Source: a bacterium (GTDB lineage: Bacteria; Patescibacteriota; Patescibacteriia; UBA1558; S5-K13). From it: 49,432 nucleotides of DNA. The stretch is taken from positions 1 to 49,432 of the forward strand of contig JAKPTO010000003.1 of assembly GCA_029555085.1 (NCBI GenBank), given 5' to 3'. This document shows, in pieces, positions 9,179 through 19,185 of this stretch (position 1 is its first letter; each line of letters begins with the position of its first letter). A program made the translations under genes and the position numbers. The notes under the pieces were generated by a model. It made no database searches. It was not told the DNA's origin and saw only the letters and a program-made list of their open reading frames with translations.

Positions 9179-10196
9179 ATATTATTCTCTTTATTGAATC
9201 ATGTGGCATAATATTGTTTATATTTTTTTCTAATAGTGATTTTTTATTTTGATTTTTGTGAAGCGAAAAAATATTTTCTGTCAAGTTATTTAATTCTGAG
9301 TTATCCACAGCTTCATGTTGTGCAAAATATTTTGCGTTTTCCTCTTGATGTCCAGGAAGTGGCACTATTATTGATGCTTTTGAAAGAAAAGATAATTCAC
9401 TTAGCGTTGCCATTCCAGCACGAGATACAATAATGTCTGCGAGAAACATAAATTCTAATAATTCTTTGTCTAAAAAACTATATTGATAATAATCTTGCTT
9501 TTTCACTATATAATTCTTATTTTCTCCGGTAGAATGAATCACCTGAAATACTTGAATTAATTTATCTAAATCTTGATAAATTTTATCATTTAAAGTTAGC
9601 GCTCCACTTGAGCCACCCAGTATTAAAAGTATTGGTTTACTATTAAAGCAATATTTTTCTTTTATTTTTTCTTTTGATAAATTCAAAATATCAACCCCTG
9701 TAAACCTACTTGGATTACCCGTTAAAACTGCATTTTCGCCAAAATATTGTAATTGTTCTGGAAATGTTACTGTAATTTTATCAGCAAAAAATTTCATAAT
9801 TTTATTTGCGAGACCAATGCGAACATCCTGTTGATGTATTAATATTTTTTTATTCATTAATCTTCCCATGATAACAAGTGGAACACTTACATAGGCGCCA
9901 GCACTGATTATAATATCGGGATTTATTTTTTTTATAATTCTATAACTTTCAAATAGGGCTTTTGTGAAATTAAAAATATCTAAAATATTATATATACTTA
10001 CATATCTTCTTAATTTTGCACTTGATATTTGATGGGTTTTTATGCCCCTAGTATTTAAATAATTATTTTCAATTCCATTTTTTGTTGATACCCAAAAAAT
10101 TTCATCATTTTTGTGATTTTTTCTAATCTCATTTATTATGGCTACAAGTGGCGTTACAGGACCTAGCGTTCCTCCACCTGAAAATAATAATCTCAT
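9159..10196 (-). CDS. murG: Lipid I GlcNAc transferase MurG
   Basis: SGGGTLGPVTP, GAYVSVP, HQQD, LGGSSGA, SRAG and HQEENA motifs. Start taken at MRLLF (10196); the ORF track extends to 10217. Confidence 0.93.
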   Translation of the reverse strand: MRLLFSGGGTLGPVTPLVAIINEIRKNHKNDEIFWVSTKNGIENNYLNTRGIKTHQISSAKLRRYVSIYNILDIFNFTKALFESYRIIKKINPDIIISAGAYVSVPLVIMGRLMNKKILIHQQDVRIGLANKIMKFFADKITVTFPEQLQYFGENAVLTGNPSRFTGVDILNLSKEKIKEKYCFNSKPILLILGGSSGALTLNDKIYQDLDKLIQVFQVIHSTGENKNYIVKKQDYYQYSFLDKELLEFMFLADIIVSRAGMATLSELSFLSKASIIVPLPGHQEENAKYFAQHEAVDNSELNNLTENIFSLHKNQNKKSLLEKNINNIMPHDSIKRIIFEIYGS

Positions 10197-10220
10197 AATT
10201 TTAACTTCAAAATTCAATAA

Positions 10221-11378
10221 TTATTTTGTGTATTTTGATATATTAACAAGTATTCCCATGGCAGACAAACTCATTATCATTGCTGTTCCTCCATAACTCA
10301 CAAATGGAAGAGGTATTCCTGTCATAGGCATCAATCCTATCATTGAACAAATATTAATAAAACTCTGAAAACCAATCCAGGAAATTATCCCGGCTGACAA
10401 TACTTTTCCATAAACACTTTTTGTCCTGCTTACAACTCTAAATCCCAAATATATCAAAACAAATATTCCTAAAATATATATAAAACAAGGTATAAATCCA
10501 AGTTCTTCTCCAATTATTGCAAAAATTGAATCTCCAGATACTTCTGGGATATAGCCATATTTCTGTCTTGATCGTCCAAGTCCCACACCAAAAATCCCAC
10601 CAGAACCTATTGCAATAAGAGATTGATTAAGATGATATGCAATTCCCTGAACATCTGAACTTGGATTCAAAAAAACATTCAATCTAGCCAATCTATATGG
10701 CGCTGTTTTTATTGCTATTAAAAATAAAAAAAACGAAGACAAAATTAGAACTAATATATGTTTAATACTGCCCCCACCTATAAAAAATCCTGTAATTGCA
10801 ATTATAAATACAATTAGAAGTGTTCCCAAATCTGGCTCTAAAAATATAAGAAAACAAATAACTACTAAAAGCACGATAAAGGGCACAAAACCCTCAGAAA
10901 AGCTTTTTATTTTATCTCCTCGAGACTCTATCCATCCAGCAAGATATATTAAATAGGTTAATTTTACAATCTCAGAGGGTTGCACGGACATACCAAAAAT
11001 ATTGATCCAACTTTGAGCATCTTTTCCATAATCAGTGCCAAGTCCTGGAACAAAAACAAGAACCAAAAGTATTATGGATACAAGCAACATTAAAAATGAA
11101 TACTTTTTTAATGAATTGAAATTTATTTTTGAAAAAATATAAAACAATATTGATCCCGGTAATACCCCAAACAAAAATTGATGCCAAAAAATATGATAAG
11201 TGTTTCCATATTTTTTATACGACAAAACTGGACTCGCAGACAATAAAACAATGAGTCCGAATAAAACCAAAATCCATAAAATTATTATAATTAAATAATC
11301 AGGACTATGTTCTGATTTATTTTTTCTAAAAAATGACCTAAAAAATGATTGAATTTTATTTTCTCTACTTGGTCTCAT
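10221..11378 (-). CDS. ftsW: SEDS peptidoglycan polymerase FtsW
   Basis: QPSEIVK, EPDLGT, GEELG and TGIPLPFVSYGG motifs; located between murD and murG. Confidence 0.95.
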   Translation of the reverse strand: MRPSRENKIQSFFRSFFRKNKSEHSPDYLIIIILWILVLFGLIVLLSASPVLSYKKYGNTYHIFWHQFLFGVLPGSILFYIFSKINFNSLKKYSFLMLLVSIILLVLVFVPGLGTDYGKDAQSWINIFGMSVQPSEIVKLTYLIYLAGWIESRGDKIKSFSEGFVPFIVLLVVICFLIFLEPDLGTLLIVFIIAITGFFIGGGSIKHILVLILSSFFLFLIAIKTAPYRLARLNVFLNPSSDVQGIAYHLNQSLIAIGSGGIFGVGLGRSRQKYGYIPEVSGDSIFAIIGEELGFIPCFIYILGIFVLIYLGFRVVSRTKSVYGKVLSAGIISWIGFQSFINICSMIGLMPMTGIPLPFVSYGGTAMIMSLSAMGILVNISKYTK

Positions 11379-12687
11379 TTTTTATTTTATTAACAATTTG
11401 ATTAAATTGATTTCCTCTATCAAATTCATTTACAAACAATCCGAAACTTGCGCATCCTGGGGATAATAGAATTATATCATTTTCGTTTGCTATTTTATAT
11501 AAATCATAAACAGCTCGTTCAAAATTATCATAAATACCTAAAACCAAATCTTTGTCTTTCTTATCAATTAATTCTTTTAATTTTAAGGAATCCTCTCCTT
11601 TGAGGAGTGCAATCTTTTTTGCTTTTTTTAAAATTGTATCTGCAAAATTATCAAGTGGTAAATTTTTTGTTGCTCCGCCAGCTAAAAGCAATACTTTTTT
11701 ATCAAAAGAATTTAAAGCCATAATTCCAGCATCCGGTGATGTACTCGCGCTATCATTAATAAAAATTATTTTATTTATTTCATTTACTTTTTCTAATCTA
11801 AACTCTACTCCTCTAAAATTAGAAATTGCCTCTTTGATAATATTTTCCGAAACTCCTATCTCAAGAGCAATTTTTCTTGCGCAGGCTATATTTTCTAAAT
11901 TATGTTTTCCTATTAAATTCGTATTATAATTTTTAAAATCATTCTTAGAATAATAAACTATTTTAGATTTTGCTTGTTTTTCAAATTCATAAAAATACTT
12001 ATCTTTTTTGTCTTTATTTATAAACAAAACCCCATTTTTATCTTGAAATTTATAAATACATTTTTTGTCGTCAACATAATCATCCATTGATTTATATCTA
12101 TTGAGATGATCTCTATATATATTTGTTATAGCAGAATATTGAGGAGAAATTTTTTCATCTCTAAATCCCTCTAATTGCCAAGATGATAACTCCAAAACAA
12201 GATAGGAATTTTTGTTTAATCTGTCTAAAAGTGGAAGAGTTGCAGTTCCTCTGATATTCCCGGATAAATATACATCAAACCCAGCATGTTTTAAAATTTC
12301 ATAAATCAATGTTGCTGTTGTAGTTTTACCTCTTGTCCCAGTAATTCCTATAATTTTTGCATCTGTTAATGTAGTCGCGTATGAATCATCCATTATTATT
12401 TTTCTTTTATTATTTCTCGCTATTTGTAAAAATTTTGAATCTTCCGGAATTGCAGGATTCCTTACTATAATATCGTTTTCAACAAAATCTTTCTCAATGT
12501 GCCCACCTAAATGTAATTTAATATTTTTATTTTTAAGCTCTTCAATTGAATTTTCGAGTTCATTCTCGGTTTTTAAATCAGTCACAGTTACAATCGCGCC
12601 TTTATCATAAAAAAACAAAGCGTCTTTCAAACCCTTTCCAATAGTACCAAGTCCCATTATTAAAACTCTTTTTCCCTTAAAATCCAT
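11365..12687 (-). CDS. murD: UDP-MurNAc-L-Ala--D-glutamate ligase
   Basis: ITGTRGKTTT, ELSSWQL, DHLNRY and LLSPGCASF motifs. Confidence 0.96.
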   Translation of the reverse strand: MDFKGKRVLIMGLGTIGKGLKDALFFYDKGAIVTVTDLKTENELENSIEELKNKNIKLHLGGHIEKDFVENDIIVRNPAIPEDSKFLQIARNNKRKIIMDDSYATTLTDAKIIGITGTRGKTTTATLIYEILKHAGFDVYLSGNIRGTATLPLLDRLNKNSYLVLELSSWQLEGFRDEKISPQYSAITNIYRDHLNRYKSMDDYVDDKKCIYKFQDKNGVLFINKDKKDKYFYEFEKQAKSKIVYYSKNDFKNYNTNLIGKHNLENIACARKIALEIGVSENIIKEAISNFRGVEFRLEKVNEINKIIFINDSASTSPDAGIMALNSFDKKVLLLAGGATKNLPLDNFADTILKKAKKIALLKGEDSLKLKELIDKKDKDLVLGIYDNFERAVYDLYKIANENDIILLSPGCASFGLFVNEFDRGNQFNQIVNKIKNETK

Positions 12688-12756
12688 AAAAAATTAATTA
12701 TTGATAAAAATAGGGCTCCAAATAATAATCAATGATTAAATTCTAATCAATTTTGT

Positions 12757-13806
12757 TTAAATCGCCTTATCAAATAAATAAATAATAAGCGTTGATACTG
12801 CAAGAATTCCGCTTAATAACCAAGCTCGCATTACAATTTTAGATTCTGGCCAACCAATTGCTTCTAAATGATGATGAATCGGTGTTGAGATAAAAAGTTT
12901 TTTCCCACAATGCGTTTTTTTATAAATCGTCTGAATTATAACTGAAAGCGATTCAACAAGAAATATAAATGCAAAAATTGGTAAATAAAGCAATGTATTT
13001 GTAAGCATTGCTATTATTCCAAGAGTTACGCCCAGACTCATGGATCCAGTATCTCCCATAAAAAATCTTGCTGGTGGGATATTAAACCACAAAAAACTTA
13101 CCAGCGCGCCCACAATGACTGCACAAAATGCGCATAAATCAAATTTTCCCTGTAAAAAACAAATAACGCCAAGCGCCGCAAAACAAACCAAGAGCAAACC
13201 ACCCACGAGTCCATCAAGCCCATCCGTTTCATTGACTGAAAAAGATGTTGCCGATACAACAAATACAAATATAGGAATAATCCACAAACCCACATTAAAA
13301 TTTCCAATAAAAGGAATGTGTAATACATCCCAATCCAATCTAAAATAAAACCACAATGCCCCACACAAAGATAAAGCAAAATAAATTAAAATTTTTTGTT
13401 TCACGCTTAATCCACCACCCTTTGGACCAATTCTTTTTACGCCCATATAGTCATCAATTAAACCAAACAACGCGGAGACAATTAGAGCGCCCAGCGGTAA
13501 TAATGTTTGTGATCTTGAAAAAAAGTTTAAAATAGATATTTTTGTATCAGGAAAAATGACAGAAATAACATAAAATAACCCAATAACCAAAAGCACGGTA
13601 AGCCAAATTATTATCCCACCCATTGTTGGGGTTCCTTCTTTACTCTTATGTAATTGAAAATAAACAGGCGCGTCGCTTTCTGATCTTAATTGTTTCCTGA
13701 ATTTATGTTTGTATAAAAAATAACTTACAGAAGGGGTAATCAAAAAAGCTATAATAGCAGAAAAAATTGTAAGTATAAAAACTTTTAATATAATAATATT
13801 TATCAT
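12757..13806 (-). CDS. mraY: Phospho-N-acetylmuramoyl-pentapeptide transferase
   Basis: KEGTPTMGG, DD, NETDGLDGL, FMGDTGS and PIHHH motifs. Confidence 0.98.
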   Translation of the reverse strand: MINIIILKVFILTIFSAIIAFLITPSVSYFLYKHKFRKQLRSESDAPVYFQLHKSKEGTPTMGGIIIWLTVLLVIGLFYVISVIFPDTKISILNFFSRSQTLLPLGALIVSALFGLIDDYMGVKRIGPKGGGLSVKQKILIYFALSLCGALWFYFRLDWDVLHIPFIGNFNVGLWIIPIFVFVVSATSFSVNETDGLDGLVGGLLLVCFAALGVICFLQGKFDLCAFCAVIVGALVSFLWFNIPPARFFMGDTGSMSLGVTLGIIAMLTNTLLYLPIFAFIFLVESLSVIIQTIYKKTHCGKKLFISTPIHHHLEAIGWPESKIVMRAWLLSGILAVSTLIIYLFDKAI

Positions 13807-13807
13807 A

Positions 13808-14167
13808 TCAATATTCTATTGAAATTATTTTTAATAAATAAATTAATAAACATGAATTCAAAAACACACTTGAAGAAACTAAAATATATGGCAATACTAA
13901 TGAATCTTTTTTTAAATTATAAAAATATCCTAAAAGAAAATTTATTAATATAAATACAAGACCTAAAATCGGAGCAAATAAAATATACTTTGCCTCATTT
14001 AAATAATCTATTCCAAAATAAAAATTATAATGTAAAACATGCATTGTCTTTGTAAAATCTATAACTTTATAAACAATTATCCAAATTGATGCATTTATTA
14101 TGATAGAAAAAATCATAGGAATAATTATCCAAGTTTTTCTAAAAAAAATTTTTAATTTATGAAACAT
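13808..14167 (-). CDS. Hypothetical membrane protein (3 TM)
   Basis: Hydrophobic helices and an LHYNFYFGID loop; tightly packed between iscS and mraY. Confidence 0.75.
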   Translation of the reverse strand: MFHKLKIFFRKTWIIIPMIFSIIINASIWIIVYKVIDFTKTMHVLHYNFYFGIDYLNEAKYILFAPILGLVFILINFLLGYFYNLKKDSLVLPYILVSSSVFLNSCLLIYLLKIISIEY

Positions 14168-14169
14168 AA

Positions 14170-15342
14170 TTATTTAAAGGGTGAAAATTTTCTTAATTGT
14201 ATAACTGATTTTTTTAAAATCATAACAAATTTTTTTGCTTCTTCCATTGTATTGTACTTTCCCAAACTAATTCTAAGAGATCCATGAGCATTCTCTGGTT
14301 TTATTCCCATTGAAAGCAATGCATGAGAAGCACTAAGAGATCCAGACGCGCAAGCTGAACCAGTAGAGCACGCAACACCGCACAAATCTAATTTTAATAA
14401 TAAACTTTCTCCTTCTACATTTTCAAATAATAAATTTATATTATTTTCTAATCTCTTGTCTTTGTCCCCATTTAGAGAAACTCCTTTTATTTTTAGGGCT
14501 TCTTTTATTATATAATCTCTAATTTTTTTCATTTTCTCTATTATTTTTTTGTGATCTTTGCTGGAAATTAATTGAATTGCTTTTCCAAATCCCACAATTG
14601 CGGGAACATTATATGTTCCTGGTCTTATGCCATACTCCTGCTGTCCTCCATACATTAGTGGAGATAATTTTGCGCGTTCGCTCATAAAAAACGCGCCGAC
14701 TCCTTTTGGTCCATATATTTTATGCGAGGAAATTGATACAAAATCAGCTCTTAATTTTTTAACATCCATATCTCTAAAATAACAGGCCTGAACAGCATCA
14801 CTATGAAATAAAATTTTATTAGTTCTTTTTTCATTTATCTCAGCTAATTTTTTACCAATATGAGCTATGTTTGAAACCGTGCCAACTTCATTATTTGCAT
14901 ACATTATAGAAATTAATCTTGTATTTTCCTTTATTGCTCTAAAAATTTTTTGCGGATCAATTATTCCATTTTTCTCTGGTGCGATAAAAGTTACATCTAC
15001 TCCTCTTCTCGAAAGATACTTTGCAGTTTCTAAAACGCATGGATGTTCAAACATCGTTGTAATTAAATGACCCTTAAAATCAGAAAAAACGCCCTGGAGT
15101 ATTGTATTATTACTCTCTGTTGCGCCCGAAGTAAAAATTATCTCATTTGGTTTACAATTTAAAAATTTCGAGATAATATATTTTGCATTTAAAACTCCAG
15201 CTTCTGCTTTTTGTCCGAATTCGTGAATAGAAGAAGCATTTCCGAATTGTAAATTAAAATAAGGAATCATTTCCTTTAGAACCTCCTTGTCGATTTGCGT
15301 TGTTGCGGAATTGTCAAAATATATTTTGTTTTGTTTTTTCAT
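14170..15342 (-). CDS. iscS: Cysteine desulfurase (IscS/NifS)
   Basis: YFDNSATT, FTSGATE, SSHKIYGPKGVG (PLP Lys) and STGSAC (catalytic Cys) motifs. Confidence 0.95.
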   Translation of the reverse strand: MKKQNKIYFDNSATTQIDKEVLKEMIPYFNLQFGNASSIHEFGQKAEAGVLNAKYIISKFLNCKPNEIIFTSGATESNNTILQGVFSDFKGHLITTMFEHPCVLETAKYLSRRGVDVTFIAPEKNGIIDPQKIFRAIKENTRLISIMYANNEVGTVSNIAHIGKKLAEINEKRTNKILFHSDAVQACYFRDMDVKKLRADFVSISSHKIYGPKGVGAFFMSERAKLSPLMYGGQQEYGIRPGTYNVPAIVGFGKAIQLISSKDHKKIIEKMKKIRDYIIKEALKIKGVSLNGDKDKRLENNINLLFENVEGESLLLKLDLCGVACSTGSACASGSLSASHALLSMGIKPENAHGSLRISLGKYNTMEEAKKFVMILKKSVIQLRKFSPFK

Positions 15343-15566
15343 ATTCTATCTCTTTTTACGATAATATTTGGTATAACTTTTCTAAGTTCTTCTTGTATAA
15401 ATCCTGTTATAGTCATTTCAGCCATCGGACAATGCTGACACACGCCAAGAAGCTTTATTGTTATAATATTTTTTTTCGTATCAAAACTGACAACCTCTAA
15501 ATCTCCCCCGTCAATACTCAGAGATTTTCTAATTTTTTCTATTGCTTTTTCTAGATTTTTTGTCAT
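15339..15566 (-). CDS. NifU C-terminal / Nfu-type Fe-S carrier
   Basis: IRKSLSIDGGDLEVV...LLGVCQHCP (CxxC) matches the NifU-C domain. Confidence 0.9.
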   Translation of the reverse strand: MTKNLEKAIEKIRKSLSIDGGDLEVVSFDTKKNIITIKLLGVCQHCPMAEMTITGFIQEELRKVIPNIIVKRDRI

Positions 15567-15939
15567 TGGTTTTTTTTAAATAATCATTTATTGCCTTGTG
15601 AAGCGCTTCAATAGAAAGCATTGAGCAGTGAACTTTTTGCGGAGGCAATCCTCCTAATTTTTTTAAAATTATACTCTTATCTATTTTTAAAGCGTTTTCT
15701 AATGTTTTTCCCTTTGCTTCTTGTGTAACAACAGAAGAACATGCAATAGCAGCTCCGCATCCAAGAGTTTCAAATTTTATATCTTTAATTTTATTCAATT
15801 TTTTATCTATTTTTAAATAGATTTTCATTATATCACCACAAACAGGATTCCCAACTTGGGATGTGGCATCTGGATTCGATATTTTGCCTTGATTTCTAGG
15901 ATTTTGAAAATGATCCAAAACCTGTTTTGAATATAGCAT
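15529..15939 (-). CDS. iscU: Fe-S scaffold IscU/NifU-N
   Basis: YSKQVLDHFQNPRN, GNPVCGD, GCGAAIA and KVHCS motifs. Confidence 0.95.
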   Translation of the reverse strand: MLYSKQVLDHFQNPRNQGKISNPDATSQVGNPVCGDIMKIYLKIDKKLNKIKDIKFETLGCGAAIACSSVVTQEAKGKTLENALKIDKSIILKKLGGLPPQKVHCSMLSIEALHKAINDYLKKTNDKKSRKSNRKN

Positions 15940-15998
15940 ATATAAATGTATTTAAATTTTGAATTCTTTACTATATATATTATCACTCAAATACATAT

Positions 15999-16026
15999 TT
16001 GACAATATCAATATTTTTGATATAAT
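15999..16026 (+). promoter_or_regulatory. Promoter for rpmA
   Basis: TTGACA-N16-TATAAT with a TG extended -10. Confidence 0.7.
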
Positions 16027-16113
16027 TTTGTAAGTTATCAATAAAAATAGCAATTAGTCATTGGCTATTATATAATAAAAATAGTAGCTAAAACTAACAA
16101 CTAACAAAAATAT

Positions 16114-16398
16114 ATGGCACATAAAAAATCTGGCGGTTCTACTCAGCTAGGAAGAGATTCTAGACCAAAAATGCTAGGTGTAAAAATGCAACACGGACAA
16201 AGTGTAAAACCCGGACAAGTCATCATAAAACAACGCGGTACAAAATATCACGCAGGAAAAAATGTTAGAAAAGGAGCCGATGATACACTTTATTCTTCAA
16301 AATCTGGCATAATACAATTTTCAAAGAAAAAAGTAAAAGCATTTGACGGAAACTTAAAATTAAGAACATTTGTAGCTGTTGAAGAGTCCAAAAAATAA
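16114..16398 (+). CDS. rpmA: 50S ribosomal protein L27
   Basis: MAHKKSGGSTQLGRDS N-terminus and QRGTKYHAGKNV motif. Confidence 0.98.
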   Translation: MAHKKSGGSTQLGRDSRPKMLGVKMQHGQSVKPGQVIIKQRGTKYHAGKNVRKGADDTLYSSKSGIIQFSKKKVKAFDGNLKLRTFVAVEESKK

Positions 16399-16411
16399 AT
16401 ATCATAAATAT

Positions 16412-16443
16412 AAAATCCACCCCGACTAATGGGGTGGATTTTT
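16412..16443. terminator. Bidirectional intrinsic terminator between convergent rpmA and ftsX
   Basis: AAAATCCACCCC-gactaat-GGGGTGGATTTT. Confidence 0.85.
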
Positions 16444-16458
16444 GATTTTAAAATATAT

Positions 16459-17388
16459 TTAAAATTTTAAATATCTCTTTATTGAAACAAGCGCACTTAT
16501 AGTTGAAAAAATACAAGAAATCAATAATTGACCAATGAAAATTAAAACAAAATTAGAATTAAAATACGAAATCATATTGACCGTATAACCTGCGAATAAT
16601 CTATCCACTAATGGTTGTAAAAATGTTAAGCCCACATAGACTATAACAATAATTAAAATGAGAGCAGTTATATTATAAAAAATAATATTCAATATAAATG
16701 GCGCTTTAATAAAATTTTCTGTTGCGCCAACTAACTTCATAATACTTATTTCATCTTTTTTTGTGTATATAGATATTTTAATTGTATTAAAAACCATCAT
16801 AAAAGCTATCAACATAAATATTGCTGAAATCATATAAGCAACAAATCTAATTTTCTCTGAAATATTATTCAATCTTTGTGTCATAACTGTGTAATCCTGA
16901 AATTCAGCTTCGTCTATTTCAAACATATCGGCGTATTGACTCTCTTTTAATTCTTTTAAAATATTTTCATACATTGATATATCCTTGGCTTTTATTTTCA
17001 AACTCGGAGAAAATATAGTTGAATTATCTTTTTTTAACTCCTCTATGGCAGATAAAAGATCTTCATCTTGTTTATGGTTTAATTTAAAATTTTCTAAAGC
17101 TTCTTCCGAGGAAACATATACAACGGAATTAATATAGTTAGATGAGGAAATTTTTTGTTTTAAACCCTCTATTTGTTCTATACTTGTCTCTGGTTTAAAA
17201 TAAACACTAACATCGATTTTATCTTTTATAACATGAACTACATTGTTGGTAAATAAATTAAAAATTATTAAAAAATTAATCGCTAAAAGAGCCAAAACTA
17301 AAATAGTTATATTGACTATTGAAAACCAAATATTTCTTACAAAGTCCTGAAATGCGAATTTGAATACTCTTACAAAATTTACTAGCAT
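16459..17388 (-). CDS. ftsX: Cell division permease FtsX
   Basis: NTIKISIYTKKDEISIMKLVGAT..FIKAPF motif; downstream of ftsE. Confidence 0.93.
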   Translation of the reverse strand: MLVNFVRVFKFAFQDFVRNIWFSIVNITILVLALLAINFLIIFNLFTNNVVHVIKDKIDVSVYFKPETSIEQIEGLKQKISSSNYINSVVYVSSEEALENFKLNHKQDEDLLSAIEELKKDNSTIFSPSLKIKAKDISMYENILKELKESQYADMFEIDEAEFQDYTVMTQRLNNISEKIRFVAYMISAIFMLIAFMMVFNTIKISIYTKKDEISIMKLVGATENFIKAPFILNIIFYNITALILIIVIVYVGLTFLQPLVDRLFAGYTVNMISYFNSNFVLIFIGQLLISCIFSTISALVSIKRYLKF

Positions 17389-17485
17389 ATTTTAAATCTT
17401 AAATGATAAATTTAAAACTTTGAATAAATAATATGATTGTTGAATTATACAAATTATTAATTATTCAAAATTCAAAATTGTTAAA

Positions 17486-18166
17486 TTATAATATATAGCG
17501 CCCTCTCCTCTGATCGCTTATAACTCTGCCACCCTCCATTGTTATGACTCTTTTATTTAAACTATTTACAATATCTCTATTATGTGTAACTAAAATTACA
17601 GTAGTATTTAAATTATTAATTCTTACAAGTAAATCAATTATTTCTCTAGAATTGATTGAATCCAAATTTCCAGTTGGTTCATCTGCTATAAGTAATTTTG
17701 GTTGATGCACTAACGCGCGAGCTATTGCAGCTCTCTGCTGTTCTCCACCAGAAAGCTGATTAGGATATCTTCCGGCCTTGTATTGGAGTCCAACAATTTT
17801 TAAAATCTGTGGCAAGACATTTTTAATTCTATCTTCGCTAATACCAGATGTTTGCATGGCAAAACTTATATTTTCGTAAACATTTTTTTTGGGTAATAAT
17901 TTAAAATCTTGAAATATAAATCCTATCTGCCGTCTTAAATATGGAATTTCATATTGTTTAATATCTGTTATGTCCCAACCGCCTATTTCTATTCTTCCTT
18001 CTGTTGGTGGTTCTTCTGCGAATAAAATTTTTGCCAATGTGCTTTTTCCTGTGCCAGATTGCCCAACAATAGAAACAAATTCCCCTGGTTCAATATCAAG
18101 AGATACTTTATTTAGAGCCCACACATCTGGCTTATAAAATTTTGAAACACCATTTAATTTAATCAT
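17486..18166 (-). CDS. ftsE: Cell division ATP-binding protein FtsE
   Basis: GQSGTGKST, IPYLRRQIG.IFQDFKLL, LSGGEQQR and ADEPTGNLD motifs. Confidence 0.95.
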   Translation of the reverse strand: MIKLNGVSKFYKPDVWALNKVSLDIEPGEFVSIVGQSGTGKSTLAKILFAEEPPTEGRIEIGGWDITDIKQYEIPYLRRQIGFIFQDFKLLPKKNVYENISFAMQTSGISEDRIKNVLPQILKIVGLQYKAGRYPNQLSGGEQQRAAIARALVHQPKLLIADEPTGNLDSINSREIIDLLVRINNLNTTVILVTHNRDIVNSLNKRVITMEGGRVISDQRRGRYIL

Positions 18167-18230
18167 TTTGTTTTTATTTCTATAATATATTTTACTATAT
18201 TTTTATGTTTTTGACTAAAATTATAAATAC

Positions 18231-19175
18231 TTATCCTTCTATCTTTGGAAATTCGCCTTTAGGTATGTCAGCGTTTTGAAAATAAATCAAATCTTCTAAT
18301 TGTAAATTATTTTCAATACCCAATCTCTCTGCTAGACCTTTAATGCAATAATAAAAAGTATAATAATGTCTCAACAGAGATAAATCTATGTCCTGTTTAA
18401 TATTTTTATTCCAATACTCTATAGACCCAGGCATTATTACATCTAACAAATGAAAGCTTGGATTATTATCTTTATCCATAAACATTGTTATATTATTGGG
18501 ACCAAAAATATCCAACATTGATCCTGTTTTTTTAGTATATTGAATAATTTTTTTGGTAATCTTTTTAATTAATTCTAAATATTTATAATTAGTTGACTTT
18601 TCATTAAGAAATGTTTGCGAAAAGGTTTCTATTTTAGATAGTGCTTCTTGAATATTTATACTATTTCTAAAATTGTCTTCTGTAATTATATTCGTGCTAT
18701 AGTCCTCAGTCTGAAAATATTTTGGATCTTGAATTTCCTTGGCTATTTCTTGCGTACGGATCAGCATTTCAATTTCATAATTTTTATCATCATCAAGACG
18801 ATCAACTAGGCACAATCTATTTTCACCAAGTATATCAATAATAAGCTCTTTATTTAGCGGTATCTTTGAACGAAACACTCCCATATCTAAAACATGTTCA
18901 TCGCCAAAAATCTCCTTAATATCGTTTTGTTGCTTATTGTATTCCTGAATTTTTTCCTTTTGATATGTATGATTGCTAATATTGTTTGTATCTAAATTTT
19001 TTAATAAATCAAAAATTTTAGATCTCAAAACTCCCAAATCCACCTTAATTAATTTTTTTACACTTGCGCTAGTTTCAAAGCAAACATTTTCTGCGCCAAT
19101 ACCAACAAACTTTAAACTATATTGTTTTAATGGATCAGATTCGATTATACTATCAAGATTAGCTGGTTTTTCCAT
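18231..19175 (-). CDS. Hypothetical protein, possibly protein-kinase-like fold
   Basis: GIGAENVCF, LIK, LDIFGPNNI and LLD occur in kinase-like order; recognised by eye only. Confidence 0.5.
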   Translation of the reverse strand: MEKPANLDSIIESDPLKQYSLKFVGIGAENVCFETSASVKKLIKVDLGVLRSKIFDLLKNLDTNNISNHTYQKEKIQEYNKQQNDIKEIFGDEHVLDMGVFRSKIPLNKELIIDILGENRLCLVDRLDDDKNYEIEMLIRTQEIAKEIQDPKYFQTEDYSTNIITEDNFRNSINIQEALSKIETFSQTFLNEKSTNYKYLELIKKITKKIIQYTKKTGSMLDIFGPNNITMFMDKDNNPSFHLLDVIMPGSIEYWNKNIKQDIDLSLLRHYYTFYYCIKGLAERLGIENNLQLEDLIYFQNADIPKGEFPKIEG

Positions 19176-19185
19176 AAATCATATA

